Source: Candidatus Helarchaeota ASGARD archaeon Hel_GB_B
Lineage (GTDB): Archaea; Asgardarchaeota; Lokiarchaeia; Helarchaeales; HEL-GB-B
DNA length: 6,860 nt
Reading direction: 5' to 3'
NCBI GenBank assembly: GCA_005191425.1
Contig: SUPR01000142.1
Coordinates: 1-6,860 of the forward strand
Each line of letters opens with the position of its first letter. Position 1 is the first letter of the stretch. A program made the position numbers and the translations under genes. Below the pieces are notes generated by a model. It had not been told where the DNA came from. It searched no databases and was given only the letters and a program-made list of their open reading frames with translations. Shown piece by piece: positions 6,025 to 6,860 of the stretch.

Positions 6025-6860
6025 TTATCCATTAAGAACTTTTGTTATTTTATTTTTTATTACGTCCATAGACGATTTTAATCTATCATAATGAAAATTC
6101 TCAGATTTGAGGACAGCGAAAAATCCTGTTTCTTCGGAAAAATCATGTAAAATTATAATGTTTTTGTTATCAGAAGTTTGCCAAAGTCTAAAATTCATGA
6201 TATTAGTCGAAATTAATTTGTCATCTTTTAGCAACTTGAAAATATTTGCTTCATCTTCTGAATATAATAGAGCTTTAAGGGATGTATATTCAAGTTCTTC
6301 TTGAAGTCGTTTAGAAATTAAATTTTTATCGATTGCTGACGCGATTTCAAGTCCATCTTTTTTATTTAAAATTAATGAATATTGTGCTTTATATTTTTTA
6401 TTAAAATCAAAACAAATCTTATTCAAAATTTCTTGCTTCGATTTTACATTTTCAGGAATTAATTCATTTAATGAATTACCAAAATTTTTTCTTGCAGTAT
6501 TTTTTGGAATCGATACATTTATACTTTCAATAGATTTTTCATAATTTGGATGGTCAAATATAAAATTTTTTATTTCTTTAGGTGATTTTTTTCCAATATC
6601 GCATTTAGATATAACTAAAGTAATTTTTTTACATTCATTTTTAGAATAATCTTTTAAACATTTTATTGCTTTATAAAATTCTTCTTTTGCTTTTGTTAAA
6701 TGAACGATATTTGATGAATCAACAACAAAATAAAAAGCCGAACAATTTGAAAAAATGTTATTTATCCATTCTTCCTTATAATATTCTTTAATAAATTGTT
6801 CTTGACCACCTAAATCAAAAATATTAATTCTTAAAAGTCCTCTATAAATATATTCCTTGC
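6025..6860 (-). CDS. Rag/Gtr-like small GTPase with C-terminal roadblock domain (5'-truncated by the window, at least 277 aa visible)
   Basis: Manual translation shows no stop from 6858 to 6028: KEYIYRGLLRINIFDLGGQEQFIKEYYKEEWINNIFSNCSAFYFVVDSSN...KITLVISKCD...INVSIPKNTARKNFGNSLNELIPENVKSKQEILNK.... G3 DLGGQ is at 6802-6816, G4 SKCD at 6598-6609 and G5-like VSI near 6510-6518. The C-terminal part (QEILNKI...AQYSLILNKKDGLEIASA) has the roadblock helix-strand-strand pattern. The P-loop lies outside the window. Confidence 0.85.
   Translation of the reverse strand, partial: KEYIYRGLLRINIFDLGGQEQFIKEYYKEEWINNIFSNCSAFYFVVDSSNIVHLTKAKEEFYKAIKCLKDYSKNECKKITLVISKCDIGKKSPKEIKNFIFDHPNYEKSIESINVSIPKNTARKNFGNSLNELIPENVKSKQEILNKICFDFNKKYKAQYSLILNKKDGLEIASAIDKNLISKRLQEELEYTSLKALLYSEDEANIFKLLKDDKLISTNIMNFRLWQTSDNKNIIILHDFSEETGFFAVLKSENFHYDRLKSSMDVIKNKITKVLNG

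Noticed and set aside
6107-6304. 65-aa plus-strand ORF
   Set aside because: Antisense shadow of the roadblock domain.

Overview
AT-rich archaeal window, most likely from an Asgard archaeon. That assignment is inferred from a Rag/Gtr-type GTPase-roadblock fusion, archaeal GGAGG/GGTGA ribosome-binding sites and oligo-T terminators. A tightly packed minus-strand operon encodes a four-subunit 2-oxoacid:ferredoxin oxidoreductase (gamma-delta-alpha-beta, with motifs closer to Thermococcales VOR than POR), then a TPR protein and a short MBL/beta-CASP nuclease. Upstream on the same strand is the 3' part of a Rag-like small GTPase with a C-terminal roadblock domain. A convergent small multi-TM membrane protein lies at the left. 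Four ORF-track calls need correcting. The GTPase frame is open to the window edge, not just 133 aa. The nuclease extends about 45 codons upstream to include HxHxDH and has no in-frame ATG/GTG/TTG there, so it probably starts at ATT. The alpha subunit starts at 4781. The membrane protein starts at 448. No tRNA, rRNA, CRISPR array or mobile element was seen. All comparisons with reference proteins are from memory and were not computed.
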